A DNA stretch of 48,875 nt, the filler included, from Sphacelaria rigidula (lineage: Eukaryota): NCBI GenBank assembly GCA_964200075.2. It is 3 parts of 3 records of this genome, joined end to end, with 100 filler letters (N's around TTAATTAATTAA, not from the genome) between each part and the next. Parts side by side here need not be neighbours in the genome. Positions count along the whole stretch, not along the records: positions 32,653 to 48,875 come from CAXNAA020001437.1; 2 more parts are not named here. The stretch is one strand, 5' to 3'. This document shows, piece by piece, positions 47,046-48,875 of this stretch. A program made the translations under genes and the position numbers. Numbering within the stretch: the stretch's first letter is position 1; each line of letters starts with the position of its first letter. The notes under the pieces were generated by a model. The model was not told the origin of the DNA. It was given only the letters and a program-made list of their open reading frames with translations, and made no database searches.

Positions 47046-48559
47046 GGTGTCACGCAAAACGTTCCACACTGGGCCCAATTTTAGGAGTTTCTAGCCGAAA
47101 TTTAACAAAGGTCTTCTGTTGCGCTTGTTGATGATATAAATGTCGTGTCAAAATATCAGCGCCTAATCCCTCAAATTAGGCACCGCGTCAACCGATTACC
47201 GACAAAATGACACTTTTTTTCAGCTGACCCAGCTCGTAGGCTCCGAGAAAATCATTCACAGAGATTTCGACGAGATCCTTGCAACCTTCCGACGGCGTCG
47301 ATTCGTATCGCCGCTCCGGGAGGGTGTATCATTATCTTTACCCATGATGTTTTTTACCGGGATATTTTGTTTGTCCTTCATACGGCCGCTTTCCTGTCAT
47401 CCCATAACTTAATCTAGGGTGTCTTTCGGAGAGATGAAAGTTCGTCGGAAACGGATTTTTTCAAAGGAGCCTGTTTAGGGTTGTCACAAACGGGATTCTT
47501 TGTTCAGACTATTTCAACTTCTTTCTTTTCTTAATTTCCCACGGTTTGGACGAATCATCGCCGGTTTGAATCACCAAATCCACGATTTTTCAGGCCTGAT
47601 TACTCGAAAACAATAAAAAGGTTGACCGCTGGTCAAAAAGGTCTCGATGCAATCATTGCGCCATTCCACGTACCTGGGCTGCGCGTATCTGGGTTGCAAC
47701 GCTGAAAACAAAGCTCAAGGATTGTTTGATACAGTACGAATCAACTACACTACAATCAAGTAATTTTCAGACGAATCATTCATTCGTCCGACCCTTGAAC
47801 TCTTCCCCGAGGCGTTTTCTTTTTTTTCATCACACGTGTTTCCGGGATGATATTTATTTCCCGCCATACCGTTGCGGTGACTTTCTCATCCCACCACACT
47901 TTACAGGGTGGCTTAGTCCGTCACATATATTTTGCCCCACGTGATTACCCCCTTCCTGTCACACTGCTGCCCGACATGATTCTTGCTTTCTTTCTTCTCC
48001 TTGTCCCACTTTTGACCGTGATGCTTTCCCCTTTCACAATACCTCCCTCCGGGGTGATTCTCCCTCTTCCCGCAGGCTTTTGCCCCAGTGTATTCCCCTC
48101 GTATTTTCGCCAGGGTTCTATTCGTCAACCTTTTTCCAGGGGTGATGTTTCAATGTTTTTGCCGTACTTCGCCGGGGGTACTGCCCGATATTTTTTAGCC
48201 CCAGGCTGATGCACACACCAGTCTACAAAGCACACAACCCTGCACTACATGCACTGTGTGCAATAGTATCGTCGATTTGCTCGAGCCAAAAATATCATGT
48301 TTCAGTGTCGTATTCGTCTTTGGGTTTACGATAGCTGGGGCTTGAGGCCCGACATTCAGCATTTTAAAAAATAATGCGATCCACCGCTCTTATTGGAGGT
48401 ATCTCATGCTTGAGATTCCCGGTATATTCGACAGTAATTTGCTGTGAACCCTTCACCCGCTTGAAACCTTGAAAATATATGGAACGTTCATTATTTTATC
48501 ATGCCGTGTGTGTTGTCATCCCATTTAGACTCGACGCCGCTCTACACCTTTTCTGTAAA

Positions 48560-48875
48560 TGTGGGCGCACCAGCCGGGGTCACACAGGAGGAAGGCCAAC
48601 ACAGGATGTTTTGTTTGTTTTATTTCTCCGCCTTCCTTCTGTGGTGCTTGCCTTCATTTCTTATCGCGAGAGGGGTTTAGCAGTCCCTTTCCCTCGTCGA
48701 CCATCAAGCATGTGCTCTGCAATATACACTGTGAGCGGATGATACACTGTGTTTTCAGACCCTTCAACTCCGGAGCTTTGAATGTTCCCTGCAGAATCCA
48801 CAAAACGTTCCACGGTTAGGACGAATCATCACGACTCAAAATCACCAAATTCGCGATTTCTTCTGCCTGATTGCC
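48560..48875. repeat. Dispersed repeat shared with 15590-16227 and 47535-47605
   Basis: CACGGTTAGGAC.AATCATCACGACTCAAAATCACCAAATTC.CGATTTCTTC.GCCTGATTGCC at 16158-16222 and 48811-48875; diverged copy at 47540-47600. Confidence 0.75.

Overview
Eukaryotic, intron-rich genomic DNA, most likely from a brown alga (Phaeophyceae). The taxon is inferred from long TE-filled GT-AG introns, a heterokont-type plastid presequence and the repeat families. The window is three contigs joined by artificial N44-TTAATTAATTAA-N44 spacers at 16228-16327 and 32553-32652. Three protein-coding genes could be spliced by hand. (1) A complete 8-exon + strand gene (1324-13262, ~1571 aa) encodes a probably plastid-targeted protein. 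It has a long repetitive/amphipathic N-terminus fused to a pheophorbide a oxygenase (PAO)/Tic55-like module that has lost the Rieske ligands and most mononuclear-iron ligands, so it is a candidate pseudo-enzyme. (2) The 5' part of a GTPBP2-like translational GTPase gene (+, ~29440/30321-31891). (3) Seven internal exons of the spliceosomal helicase BRR2/SNRNP200 (-, 35230-45969). The rest is mostly transposon-derived: a pogo-like element, a hAT-like element with a nested foldback element, tRNA-derived SINEs, a LINE 3' end, MITEs and minisatellites. The most interesting signals are the ligand-less PAO-like fusion protein, a long G:U-biased hairpin on the sense strand of a BRR2 intron (candidate miRNA/hpRNA precursor), and a frameshifted duplicate of a BRR2 exon start that keeps its acceptor. 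No prokaryotic, CRISPR or clearly viral system was seen. All homology calls are by eye from remembered motifs, not database searches.
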